A stretch of DNA of 64,000 bases from Myxococcales bacterium (lineage in GTDB: Bacteria > Myxococcota_A > Polyangia > Polyangiales > DASUME01): assembly GCA_047601445.1 (NCBI GenBank), contig JASGJH010000001.1, forward strand, positions 5,248,001-5,312,000, in the 5' to 3' direction. Positions 12,528-22,458 of the stretch are shown one piece after another. The notes below the pieces were generated by a model. It was not told where the DNA came from. It saw only the letters and a program-made list of their open reading frames with translations, and ran no database searches. Made by a program: the position numbers and the translations under genes. Numbering within the stretch: the stretch's first letter is position 1; the number at the start of each line of letters is the position of its first letter.

Positions 12528-13307
12528 ATGCGACAACTCGTCAACCGCATCATCGACCGCATCATGTGCGCGATAAGGGCTGTGTGGTTCTTGCGCGCGG
12601 CAAACAAGCGCGGGCGCGGCATCCGGATGCGCGGCCGCACGTGGCTGCAAAACCGCGGGCGCATCCTGGTGGGCAATCGCGTGGGGTTCCACGCCGGTCC
12701 CATCGCGACCGAGCTCAGCGCGCTCGACGGTGGCGTCCTGGAGATCGGCGACGACTCGATGGTCAACTACGGCTGTTCTTTCACCGCCAGCCGCCACATC
12801 CGCATCGGGAACCGCTGCCGCTTCGGCATCGGCGTCATCATGACGGACTCGCATCTGCACCGCGAAGAACCCGAGCGCCGGGCCGAGCGGCCCACCCCCA
12901 AGACGATCACCGTCGAAGACGACGTGTGGCTGGCCAACCGCGTCATCGTTCTGCCTGGTGTCACACTGGGGCGCGGTTGCATCGTGGGTGCCGGCAGCGT
13001 GGTGACGCGTTCCATCGCCCCTTACATGCTGGCAGCGGGCAATCCTGCGCGGGTCATCCGTCCTATCGCGCTCGACGGCCGTGAGAGCCTGACCACCACC
13101 TTCGCGCAGATCGAGGAGCGGATCGAGCCCGGCATCATCGCCATGCAACCCGTGCAGGAAGAGCGCCCGGACCCGCGGATGCCGGCTTCCTCGGGCTTGC
13201 ACGCCAAGGTCGGCGATGGGCCCGAGGCCACCAGCGTGCCCGTGGTCGAAGAGCGGCCGAACAACGTCACGTCCATCAGCAGCGGACGCGGACGCTCGGC
13301 GGGCTAG
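12528..13307 (+). CDS. Hexapeptide-repeat (LbH) O-acyltransferase
   Basis: IEDDVWL-like TVEDDVWLANRVIVLPGVTLGRGCIVGAGSVVT...GNPARVIR; disordered C-terminal tail. Confidence 0.85.
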   Translation: MRQLVNRIIDRIMCAIRAVWFLRAANKRGRGIRMRGRTWLQNRGRILVGNRVGFHAGPIATELSALDGGVLEIGDDSMVNYGCSFTASRHIRIGNRCRFGIGVIMTDSHLHREEPERRAERPTPKTITVEDDVWLANRVIVLPGVTLGRGCIVGAGSVVTRSIAPYMLAAGNPARVIRPIALDGRESLTTTFAQIEERIEPGIIAMQPVQEERPDPRMPASSGLHAKVGDGPEATSVPVVEERPNNVTSISSGRGRSAG

Positions 13308-14557
13308 CGCGTCAGCGGGACCGGCGCCGCGAAGTACTTCGCCACGGCGTTCTTGAACTGGCCGCCATCGGTCTTCGGGTCGGTTTGATTGCCGGCCCCG
13401 GTGCCGAACACGGCGCCCACACCGCCTGCGGCGATGAACTCGTCGATGTGCTCGAAGATGTACTTTACACGGTTGTCTCGGTACTGACCGGGCTTGCCGC
13501 CGGGCGTGTCGCTCGGAACGCCGAAAGGCGTTTGCCACCAGAGCATGGGCTTGCCCACGCCCGTGGTCAGCGTCTTCACCCAGTCGAGGTGTTCGTGGAA
13601 GTTGGGGCTCGTCTGGTTGGTGGCGTCCCAGTAGAACGCGCCACCGCGCTGGCAGTTGGGATCCACGTGGGCCTCGAAGCAGCCCGCATCGCGGTCGAGG
13701 GTGTCGGTGGTGAGGAAGTCGGCCTTGCCCGCGCCGATGTCCGTCAGGAAGCGCGCGATCTTGGCCACGTCGGGATCGGCCCAGCTCGACGCGTGAAAGC
13801 CAACCAGGGCCTTGGGCGCGTACTTGCGTGCGAGCTGCACCAAGCACTCGCCCATGCCCACGAGATTTTCGGGGAGGCCGTTGCAGTCGGGCGCGAGCGA
13901 GCCCACGTGCACGGGTAACTTGGAGGGATCTCCGCCGGGGGACTTTTGCTGTACGTAGCCCCAGAAATCAGGCTCGAACTGCACCAACGCCGCATCACCG
14001 AACATCGCCAGGCGCTGGTAGAGCAACTTCGCGCTGTCCCAGTAGGCCTTCATGTACGCGTCGTCGGTCAGCACCGAAACGTTGTTCTCGCCCGACGCTG
14101 CCATGGCGTAGAGCGTGAACATCGGCGTGGCGTGATGCTTCTTGGCGGAGTCCGCGATGATGTTGACGAAGCTGCCGTCGGTGTTCCAGTCGGGCCAACC
14201 GTTGCGTCCCTTGAGCCCCACGAGATAGACGTAGTGGACGTCGAGCGTGCTGCCGAGCGTGAAGGCACCGTCGAGATCGTGGTTGCCGCTCTGGTCGAAG
14301 TCGTTGCCCATGCCGATCAAGAAGTTCGACTTGCCGAGCTTGCTGGCGAGCTCGCTCGCACTCGTGGGTGAGCCGCCGCCGCCACCGGCGGTCGCATCGG
14401 AGCCGCCGCCGTCGAGGTCGCCCAGCGGCGGGCCGCGCATGGGCTCGGGTTCGGGATCGGCGTCAGAACAGCCTACGAGCGCGGTCAGCAACCAGGGTAA
14501 GGCTGCGCGAAGTCCGATCTGAGGGTGGCGAGAGAGACGAGGAGCCTGTGGCGACAT
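13304..14557 (-). CDS. Hypothetical lipoprotein, possibly a glycoside-hydrolase-like TIM barrel
   Basis: Lipobox LVGC, Gly/Asp linker, aromatic-rich domain with FEPDFWGY and WWQTPFG; strong coding bias; function inferred only. Confidence 0.6.
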   Translation of the reverse strand: MSPQAPRLSRHPQIGLRAALPWLLTALVGCSDADPEPEPMRGPPLGDLDGGGSDATAGGGGGSPTSASELASKLGKSNFLIGMGNDFDQSGNHDLDGAFTLGSTLDVHYVYLVGLKGRNGWPDWNTDGSFVNIIADSAKKHHATPMFTLYAMAASGENNVSVLTDDAYMKAYWDSAKLLYQRLAMFGDAALVQFEPDFWGYVQQKSPGGDPSKLPVHVGSLAPDCNGLPENLVGMGECLVQLARKYAPKALVGFHASSWADPDVAKIARFLTDIGAGKADFLTTDTLDRDAGCFEAHVDPNCQRGGAFYWDATNQTSPNFHEHLDWVKTLTTGVGKPMLWWQTPFGVPSDTPGGKPGQYRDNRVKYIFEHIDEFIAAGGVGAVFGTGAGNQTDPKTDGGQFKNAVAKYFAAPVPLTR

Positions 14558-14606
14558 GGCGCGATTATGCCAAAAAGCCCCGTCTGGGCGCCTATACTTG
14601 TGTACG

Positions 14607-15494
14607 GTGCCGCTCCGGAACCTCGCACGCCCCCTGGCCCTCCTGTTCGGAGTCGGAACACTGGCCTCTCTTTGGAACTGGGCGTCGCAGGCTTGGCAGG
14701 GCACCACGGTGCGCTCCGCCTTCAAGGAACCCACCACGTCGCGACCTTACTGGTTGATGGTGCGCAGCGATCACGACCCGAGCCGGCCGACCCCGGTGCT
14801 GTTCGCCCTCCACGCCTACGCCACGGCGCCCGACGTGCTGGTGCGCGGGTATTCGTTGGAATCCCTGGCGGTGCGCGACCGCGGCTTCGTGGTGGTCGTC
14901 CCCGAAGGCATGCGGGACCAGGACGGCCAGTACTCCTGGAATGCCAGCAGCGCTTGTTGCGGGACGGGGCCGGCGCGCCCCGACGACCTCGCCTACCTCG
15001 ACGCAGTCCTCACCGACGTGGCGCGCCACTACGCCATCGACGATGGACACATCATGGCGCTAGGGGTCTCCAACGGCGGCTTCATGGCCCATCGCTGGGC
15101 TTGCCAGGCGGGCTCGAAGCTGAGCGCCATCGCGAGTATCTCCGGCATGGGGCCGGGACCTCAGGACCCACCCTGCGCCGCGGGAAGTCATGTGGCCGTG
15201 CTGCAGGTCCACGGGGATGCCGACGAGGTGATCCACTATCGAGGAGGCCACATGCGGGACGCGAGCTATCCGTCCGCGCAAGACTCCCTGGCGCCGTTCC
15301 TGCGCGTCAGCGGTGCCGAGGCCAAGCCCCAGGTCCGCACCTCACGCACGCTGCTCTACGGACGCATACGCAAGCAGGAGTGGAAGGCAGGCCAAGCCCC
15401 CATCGCGCTCTGGACGGTGGAGGGCGGCCCCCATCACCTGCGCGCAGCGCAGGCGAGCGTGCCCGAGATCCTGGATTTCCTCGAGCGACTCTGA
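14607..15494 (+). CDS. Secreted alpha/beta-hydrolase esterase (PHB depolymerase/LpqP-like)
   Basis: SWNASSACC, DDLAYL, nucleophile GVSNGG, VHGDADEVI, GGPH; start 14556 or 14607. Confidence 0.82.
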   Translation: MPLRNLARPLALLFGVGTLASLWNWASQAWQGTTVRSAFKEPTTSRPYWLMVRSDHDPSRPTPVLFALHAYATAPDVLVRGYSLESLAVRDRGFVVVVPEGMRDQDGQYSWNASSACCGTGPARPDDLAYLDAVLTDVARHYAIDDGHIMALGVSNGGFMAHRWACQAGSKLSAIASISGMGPGPQDPPCAAGSHVAVLQVHGDADEVIHYRGGHMRDASYPSAQDSLAPFLRVSGAEAKPQVRTSRTLLYGRIRKQEWKAGQAPIALWTVEGGPHHLRAAQASVPEILDFLERL

Positions 15495-15684
15495 GCGCAC
15501 CCGTGAGCGAAGCGAACCTCGCGGTGGGGTGGGCCCCGGCGCGGCTTTGCCGCGACGGGCGGGGAGGTCGCGTGACCTCGTAGGTGAAGATGCGAGCGCA
15601 CCCGTGAGCGAAGCGAACCTCGCGGTGGGGTGGGCCCCGGCGCGGCTTTGCCGCGACGGGCGGGGAGGTCGCGTGACCTCCCCG
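15493..15684 (+). repeat. Two tandem copies of the REP-like element (87 nt identical, 101-nt period)
   Basis: 15493-15579 equals 15594-15680; internal hairpins CGCGGC-ttt-GCCGCG and CGGGGAGGTC-gcgt-GACCTCCCCG. Confidence 0.92.
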
Positions 15685-15688
15685 ATAA

Positions 15689-16898
15689 TTAAGCCTCGAC
15701 GGCCTCGCGGCGCTTGCCGTTGGTCGCGGTGGCGGAGGGCCGGCGCTCTCGGACGCCCGACTCCATGGGCTCGCGCGTAACTGCCGACTCGGTGTCTGCC
15801 GGCGCGATGCGCTGCTCGAGCGCGGCCACCGTGGTGTCATGCACCGCCGCAGCCAGCTCGAGCGCCCAGCGCTCGAGGGTCGCGTTCTCTTCGAGCCAGC
15901 GACGCGCAGCGCGCCCGAGACGCGTGCGCAACGCCGCATCCGTACGCAGCCGCTCGATGGCGGCGCGCCAACCCTCCACGGAACCCGGGGCCACGTAGAG
16001 ACCGTTTTGACCGTCCTCGATGGCGTCGGTCTGACCGATGGTCCCCGTGACCAGCACCGCCTTGCCCATGGCCATGGCCTCGAGGATGGTGGTGATGCCG
16101 GCCTGGAAGTCGTTCTCGTAGAGCGGCACTACCACGAACGAAGACTCGGCGTACAGGTCGCGCAGCTCGCCGTACTCATAGCGACGCGCATCGACGTGCG
16201 CAGGCAAGGTGCGGTTCTGGACCTCGCTCGTGTGCTTGGACCAGGGCGACGCGGCGGCGAGCTTGACCTTGAGGTCCGTCTTCTCCGCCACGGCATCGAC
16301 CAGCGTGGGGTAGTCGCGCCACTCGAGGCCGGCGGCGCAGATTCTGATTCTCGTCGACCGCCGCCTTGGGCAGCGGGCGATAGAAGCGGTGGTCCGCGTG
16401 GAAGGAGATGAGCCGAACGATCTCGGAGGGAATGCCGATGACCGAGCGCGCGAAGTCACGCTGGGTGGACGCGTACACGAAGATCGCGTCCATCTGCCGG
16501 TGCAGCTTGAACCAGCGGAACAGCACTTCTTTCTTCCGCGGCGACAGGCGATGCCCGATGGTCACGTGGCGGGGCCGACGGGCGACCGTCTTGAGCAGCA
16601 TCGCGAGCGGCATGGCCACGTTCTCGGCGTTCGTGAAGAGCGTGTCGTGCTCCTTGCGACGCAAGAAACCCATCACTGCCAGGGCCACGTCGCGACCCGC
16701 GAGCTTGCGCACCGCCTGCACCAGCGGATTCGCGTCGCGATCGACAGCCGCGTAGTCCAGCAGGTCGACCTGATCGCCCGGCACGGCGCGCAGCGTCTTG
16801 GCCAGCGCGTCGTAGTCCATGGTGGGATGGCGATCCGCCGCGATGTCCGACTCGAGGCCGGACTTGGCGTAGCTGGGAATCAGGAGGAGAGTCTTCAT
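15689..16898 (-). pseudogene. GT4 glycosyltransferase split by a 1-nt insertion (pseudogene or sequencing error)
   Basis: N-half MKTLLLIP... and C-half ICAAGLEWRDY...GITTILEAMAMGKAV are in different frames; removing one base at about 16342 gives VDENQICAAG. Confidence 0.8.
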
Positions 16899-17315
16899 CT
16901 CTGTCTTACCCCGCAAGGAAAACTGTCGCGCCCAACATGCTACCGGGATAGCAGGTTTTGGGACACCGATCATAGTGGCCGCCCGGTTGAGGTAGGCCTG
17001 TCAGCGAAGGAAGCGCCGCGCTCTGTTCCGGCCGATTGCGCAGTCACCTTTGCGTGCTGCGCTCCCCACACCGGACCGAGGAGCTGTGAGGGTGTGGCCT
17101 CGTGTGTGTATGATTTCCAGTAGCCCAGGCGACGCGACGCGTCAACGGCTGTTCTCCAAGTGCGCGTGACCTTTTCAGGTCCATCGTGAGTCAGCGCTCA
17201 AGTTCTTACGTTCGCAACCTGCGAAACCTTGCTTTCTTTCGGCAAAATGTCCGTTTCCTTACGGCATCCGGGGGTGCGGTAGAAGCGGACTGAGGGGGCG
17301 CGCGAGGGCTTGCGC

Positions 17316-17486
17316 TCAGTCGAAGCGACCCCACAAAAAGCGCAGCATGAGGAAGTACACCACGTAGAAGATGAGCAGGTCCTTGGTCATCTTGCGCAAG
17401 CCCTTGCGGGTGTCGGACTCGCGCGAAGCCCGCACCGGAATCACCAGCAGCGCGAACACCACGGACATCAAAATGGCTTTCGACAT
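17316..17486 (-). CDS. Small 56-aa membrane protein (not in the ORF track)
   Basis: MSKAILMSVVFALLVIPVRASRESDTRKGLRKMTKDLLIFYVVYFLMLRFLWGRFD; GGGAG SD; starts 9 nt after the wzy stop; two hydrophobic segments with a basic linker. Confidence 0.75.
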   Translation of the reverse strand: MSKAILMSVVFALLVIPVRASRESDTRKGLRKMTKDLLIFYVVYFLMLRFLWGRFD

Positions 17487-17495
17487 GCTGACTCC

Positions 17496-19064
17496 CTAGG
17501 CTCGCGCCGACGCCGTGGCCGCCTGGGCCTGGGCCTTACTGCCGACCACCGCGGTCTGCGGAACCGAGGCAGCCGCCTTGCCCGCAACGGCGATCGAACA
17601 CGCCGCCGTGAACACGCCGGTCCAGGTGCCGAGCCCCAGGTCGCCCCAGCAGTGCATGATGTAAATCAGGATGCAGGCGATGCTCGCCAGCGCGCCTGCC
17701 CGCAGCGACTGGTCGCGGCTGCGGCGATAGGCGTACATCGCGTAGTACATGCCGGCCGCCCACAGCATGGTGGTGCCCGCAAAGCCGACGAACCCCCCGA
17801 AGGCCCACAGGCCCAGGATGCTGTTGTGCGGACAGTAGCGCTCGAGCTCGTAGGCCACCTCGGGCAGCTGAACCACCTCCTCGAAGCCATGTCCGTAGCC
17901 GGTGCCGAAGATCGGGTTGTGCTTGAAGGTGGTCACCAGGTTGAGGTTCTCCAGCTCACGCCAGAAGCTCGAGCCTGACCTATCGGACTTGGTGTCGACC
18001 ACCGAACGCAGCATGCGTACGGGCTTGAAGACTGTGCCGAACTCCGAGTTCCAGCCGGCCGCGATGTAGCCCAGCACCACCGGGATCGACGCGTAGACCA
18101 CGCGCCGGATGCGCCTCTTGACGGGGTTGTCCTCGGTGATGAAGTACAGCGTGAGCATGGCGAAGGCCACGTGCACCCAGACCAGACGACGGTTGTTGGA
18201 CATCATGCCCAGCATCGCGATCGGGAGCACCAAGATGAGACGCGACCTGAAGCGCGCCAGGCGCTCGAGGAACACACACACCACGGCCGCGAAAGCGTCG
18301 GCGAACAGCATGGAGTCCGCGTGCGAGGTCGCGTAGGGAAGCTTGGTGCTGCCCGTCTCGGGGTCGGGCGCCTGTGGGAAGGCGTGAATCACGTAGGTGG
18401 CGAACAACGCGCGGTAGATCACGGCGAAACAGAGCACGCGTAGCACCGCCGGAAAATCCTGCGGACCGCGGATAGCCTCCGAGAACAACAGGAAGATCAC
18501 GGGCAGATACATCACGCTGTTGACCTGCCACAGCGACATGCCGAAGTTGCCACCCGTGACGAGGCCGATGAGCCAGATGAGACCGGTGACCATGAGCGAG
18601 ATGCGGGCCAGCTTGCGCATGGGCTCAGGCGTCCGCACGGCGCCGGCGTAGTCCAGCTTGGAGCGGGATTTGCGGCGCGTATAGACGATGTAGCCGCCCA
18701 TCAGGAAGAACAGATCGAGGCCGGAAAAGATCGCGGGCTTGAGCCAGGCCGCGTCGCGGGCGATGGTGTTCCAGTGGGCCGTGTACAGCCAACCCACCAG
18801 CTCGAACGGCGCGCTGGCGTCCGGATCCACCTTCCAGACGAAGCCTTCGTTGGGGTTCGGCAAAGTGAGGGCGAAGAACATCAGCCCGAGCATCGAATGC
18901 CGCAGGGGAATCCGTGTCATGGCGTACATGATGATCGGCACGGCGATCGTCATGAGGCCCACGGTGGCCAACGGATCGTTGATGACCGACGACAGGATGG
19001 CCAGGACCAGCGCGCCCACCAGGGCGCCCTTGGCATCACCAGGGATCCGATACACAGCGGACAT
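17496..19064 (-). CDS. wzy: Wzy-type polysaccharide polymerase / O-antigen ligase family protein
   Basis: About 12 TM segments; NNRR, WRELEN and PIFGTGYG...PHNSILGLW Wzy_C-like motifs; EPS locus context. Confidence 0.75.
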   Translation of the reverse strand: MSAVYRIPGDAKGALVGALVLAILSSVINDPLATVGLMTIAVPIIMYAMTRIPLRHSMLGLMFFALTLPNPNEGFVWKVDPDASAPFELVGWLYTAHWNTIARDAAWLKPAIFSGLDLFFLMGGYIVYTRRKSRSKLDYAGAVRTPEPMRKLARISLMVTGLIWLIGLVTGGNFGMSLWQVNSVMYLPVIFLLFSEAIRGPQDFPAVLRVLCFAVIYRALFATYVIHAFPQAPDPETGSTKLPYATSHADSMLFADAFAAVVCVFLERLARFRSRLILVLPIAMLGMMSNNRRLVWVHVAFAMLTLYFITEDNPVKRRIRRVVYASIPVVLGYIAAGWNSEFGTVFKPVRMLRSVVDTKSDRSGSSFWRELENLNLVTTFKHNPIFGTGYGHGFEEVVQLPEVAYELERYCPHNSILGLWAFGGFVGFAGTTMLWAAGMYYAMYAYRRSRDQSLRAGALASIACILIYIMHCWGDLGLGTWTGVFTAACSIAVAGKAAASVPQTAVVGSKAQAQAATASARA

Positions 19065-19206
19065 GTACGGGGTACTCTAGCCGACCGCCACCGCCGCTGC
19101 CGAGACAGCGGTAGGCCGGCGATCTTTGGTGGTTGGGCGGCGTAACGTAACCGCGCTACTGTTGCGCCCGGCGCGCCTTAGGAAATCGTCAGAAAGCTTG
19201 ATTGGG

Positions 19207-20478
19207 ATGTACGGCCAGACATCGAATCCGGCGAGCTCCGAGGTTGAGCTCCCCGCCGACAGCCAAGGAACCGACTCCCACCTGCGCATGCCGAGCTCCG
19301 GCGCCAGGGGCACCCCGCGCGCGAAGACCGCTACACCCGGCCACAAGCACGTGCCGGCTCTCGACGGCATCCGCGGGCTAGCCATCGGCCTGGTGCTCCT
19401 GCTGCATTTCGTGGGAAATACCCAGGCCTATACGAGCTTCGAGCGCGTCCTCGTCAAGGGTGCCAACTACGGCACCTACGGCGTCGCGCTGTTCTTCGTG
19501 CTGTCGGGCTACTTGATCACCGGCATCTTGATCGACGCCAAGGGGCAGCCGGGATACTTCCGGAACTTCTACGCGCGCCGCTCGCTGCGCATCTTTCCGC
19601 TCTACTACGGCGTGCTCGTGGTGGGGCTATGGCTGTGGCCCGCCGCGTGGGCGCCCCCCGAGCTGGCCGTGAGCCGCGAACGCCAGGCCTGGCTCTGGGG
19701 CTATGTGGCGAATTTCCTGGTCGCCAAGGAGCAGCGCTGGGATGCCCTGCCCTACTTCAACCATTTCTGGTCGCTGGCGGTCGAAGAGCACTTCTACTTC
19801 CTGTGGCCCTTGCTGGTGGCACGCTCGAGCGCCCGCGGACTCCTGTGGTGGGCAGGCGGCCTCAGCCTGCTGGCGCTGGTCCTGCGCGTGGTCCTGGCCG
19901 CCGATGGCGCGCACGAACTCGTGACCTACACCATCACGCCGACGCGCATGGATGGACTGTGTCTGGGTGGCTTGCTCGCGGCCTGGGCGCGACGGCCGAA
20001 CGGGCTCGACCAGCTCAAGCGCTGGGCGCCCTGGGTGTTCGCTGGGTCGATTCTGTACTCGGTGCTGGGCTACGTGTTGGTGCACCGCTTCGCCCCCGAT
20101 CTCCATCGCGTGTACTTCGAGGTCCGTGAGACCTTCGTGCTCCTGCTGTTCGCCTGCTTGTTGGTGTGGGTGGTGACATCGCCCACCGAGAGCCCGCTGG
20201 CGCGCTTCTTCACGAGCAGCCCCATGATCACGCTGGGCAAGTACAGCTACGGCCTGTACGTCTTCCACGCCATGATCAGCTGGTACTTTGCGCGTCAGCG
20301 CACCGAGGACTGGGTGGCGGCGCAGGTCGGCTCGCACACGCTGGCAGTGTTCATTCAGGCCACAGTGGGTGTGGCAGCTTCGTTCGCCATCGCCCTGCTG
20401 AGCTTCCACTTCATCGAGAAGCGCTTCCTGTCATTGAAGAGCCGCTTCGAGGCGAAGCCTCACTCCGCCCGAGCCTAG
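19207..20478 (+). CDS. Acyltransferase family 3 (OafA-like) membrane O-acyltransferase
   Basis: LDGIRGLAI, GVALFFVLSGYLI, RRSLRIFPLYY, HFWSLAVEEHFY and GKYSYGLYVFH motifs. Confidence 0.92.
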   Translation: MYGQTSNPASSEVELPADSQGTDSHLRMPSSGARGTPRAKTATPGHKHVPALDGIRGLAIGLVLLLHFVGNTQAYTSFERVLVKGANYGTYGVALFFVLSGYLITGILIDAKGQPGYFRNFYARRSLRIFPLYYGVLVVGLWLWPAAWAPPELAVSRERQAWLWGYVANFLVAKEQRWDALPYFNHFWSLAVEEHFYFLWPLLVARSSARGLLWWAGGLSLLALVLRVVLAADGAHELVTYTITPTRMDGLCLGGLLAAWARRPNGLDQLKRWAPWVFAGSILYSVLGYVLVHRFAPDLHRVYFEVRETFVLLLFACLLVWVVTSPTESPLARFFTSSPMITLGKYSYGLYVFHAMISWYFARQRTEDWVAAQVGSHTLAVFIQATVGVAASFAIALLSFHFIEKRFLSLKSRFEAKPHSARA

Positions 20479-20564
20479 AAGCCCCGCGCGGCCCCGTACG
20501 TGCCCGTGCCCGCTCTTCCCTCTGGCGAGTCGTTCCGCGCGCCAGCCCGGCCTCCAAATCGCCC

Positions 20565-22118
20565 TCAGGCCTCGGTCTGCTGGCGGCGGTCCTTCAGGAG
20601 CTTGATGGCCTTCACTACTTCGGCAGGCTGAATCACGCGCAGCGCCCAGGCCAGAACCAGGTAGGCGATCATCACGATCACCAAGCGCACCGGGCCCATG
20701 TCGTGGATGAAGTGGTTCAGCACCAGCACCATGGCAGAGATCAGCACGCTCTTGGTGAGCACCGCGATGTTGCGGCCATCCAAGGGAGAGTCCTTGAAGC
20801 GGGTGAGCATGACCGCCACCACGGCCGACTCGCTCACGATCACCGCCAGCGCCGCGCCAGCGCACTCGCCGCCGATCCCGAACCAGTGGCGCCCCAGCGG
20901 CACACATACCAGCATCAGCGCGGCGAGGCCGCACACGGAGAAGATGGACGTGAGCGTCACCGTCCAGCCGCGATCCATCAGGATCAGCGCGCAAGCCAGC
21001 ATGAAGTTCATGTACATCATCAGGAAGACGAGCGAGAGGATGGAGAGGCCGAGCGCGGCCGGCGCGTACTCCGCCCCGAACGCGAGGTCGACCAACACGT
21101 CTGCGCCCGCAGAGATGAACACGGTGCCCGGCGCTGTGACGATCAAGAGCCCCTCGATGCAGCGGCGGAGCAGCTTGATCATCTCATCGCTGGAGCGAGC
21201 CTGGGCCCGCGACAGCATCGGCATGACCACGGAGGTCAAGAGCGGCGTCAGCAGGGTGGCCAAGCCGGCGATGTTCTGGCTCGCGGCGAACCAGCCGACC
21301 TCACGCTCCTCGCGCCGGATGAACTCCAGCGCGCTGAGGGCCAGGTAGTTGCCGAAGATGATGGCCACCGTGTTGACGAAGAAGGGAACGCTCGAGGTCA
21401 GCGCGTCGCGCGCCGCCTTCATGTTGATGCGGTAGCGCAGGGAGGCAGCGGAACGCGCCGCGGGCACCAACACCACCGTCTTGAGCAGCTCCGAAGCCGC
21501 CATCGGCGCAGCCAGCACCCACATGGGCGCGTTGGTCAGCAAGCCCGCCAACAGACCCGCTCCCCAGATGACCTTGCAAAACACGCTCACCACGGCGAGC
21601 CGGCCCACCTGCGACACAGCCTGCAGCACCGCCGCCAAGGTGCCGTTCACGCTGGCCAGGAACTGCGCGGCGCCGAACACCATGGCCGTGGCCAAGATCT
21701 CGTCCGAGCGGCCGGTCCAGATGAGCGTCACCGCCATGGCGCCGAGCAGGGCGACCCAGAGCACCACGCGCAGCGCGAACACACCGCCGATGAACTCGGA
21801 GGCATAGGCCGGTCGCGCTGGCACCTCCTTGGTCACGTAAGTGTCGACGCCCAAGGTGATGAGCGAGAAGAACATGGTGGCGAAGCTCTCCGCGAAAGCG
21901 AAGTGCCCCTGCCGAATGGGTCCGAGGTAGGCCGGGATCTGCAGCTTGACGATCAGCGCCACTGCCCAGGTCAGGATCAGGGAACTGCCGAGCCGCAAGC
22001 CATTGCGGATGGCGACGGCGACCTCGTTGGAGCGCTGAACACCGGGCGGCGCGTCGGGAGCGGCTGCTGGACTTGAGGGCGGCCGTGACTCCTCTACTTC
22101 GCCTCCGGATTCCAACAT
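20565..22118 (-). CDS. wzx: Wzx oligosaccharide flippase (MATE-like)
   Basis: 12-14 TM segments; YLGPIRQGHFAFA, LGVDTY, EVGWFAAS and FGAEYAPAA flippase-like motifs. Confidence 0.85.
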   Translation of the reverse strand: MLESGGEVEESRPPSSPAAAPDAPPGVQRSNEVAVAIRNGLRLGSSLILTWAVALIVKLQIPAYLGPIRQGHFAFAESFATMFFSLITLGVDTYVTKEVPARPAYASEFIGGVFALRVVLWVALLGAMAVTLIWTGRSDEILATAMVFGAAQFLASVNGTLAAVLQAVSQVGRLAVVSVFCKVIWGAGLLAGLLTNAPMWVLAAPMAASELLKTVVLVPAARSAASLRYRINMKAARDALTSSVPFFVNTVAIIFGNYLALSALEFIRREEREVGWFAASQNIAGLATLLTPLLTSVVMPMLSRAQARSSDEMIKLLRRCIEGLLIVTAPGTVFISAGADVLVDLAFGAEYAPAALGLSILSLVFLMMYMNFMLACALILMDRGWTVTLTSIFSVCGLAALMLVCVPLGRHWFGIGGECAGAALAVIVSESAVVAVMLTRFKDSPLDGRNIAVLTKSVLISAMVLVLNHFIHDMGPVRLVIVMIAYLVLAWALRVIQPAEVVKAIKLLKDRRQQTEA

Positions 22119-22458
22119 TCCGTTCTTTCCCTAAAAGCCCGAGACCGTAGACGTATCGACTACGGAGGCTGGTCATCTACTTAGCCGCCTGCCCGGTGCC
22201 ATGCAAAGCCAGGATCGGCGCGTGCGCCCGCCAGCGGCGCCGACCATGCTCGCATGTTGTGCCCCATCCACAAAGTCGCCTCAGGCCTGCCAAGTGACAC
22301 GGTTCTGTTTGCTTGCGCCGACGTCGTTTGCGCTGAAAAGCAGAGGTACGCTTCCACCACCCCTTCCGGCAGGTCTGGCGAGATGTGAGGAGCGCAGTTA
22401 AATGACAATAAATACGAGATGTTGTCAGCTCGGATGCCGGCTATGACGAAGGTGCTCG

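Noticed and set aside
15493..15684. Tandem repeat as a CRISPR array
   Set aside because: Only two units of 87 nt with a short linker, no cas genes, and dispersed copies elsewhere; this fits a REP-like element
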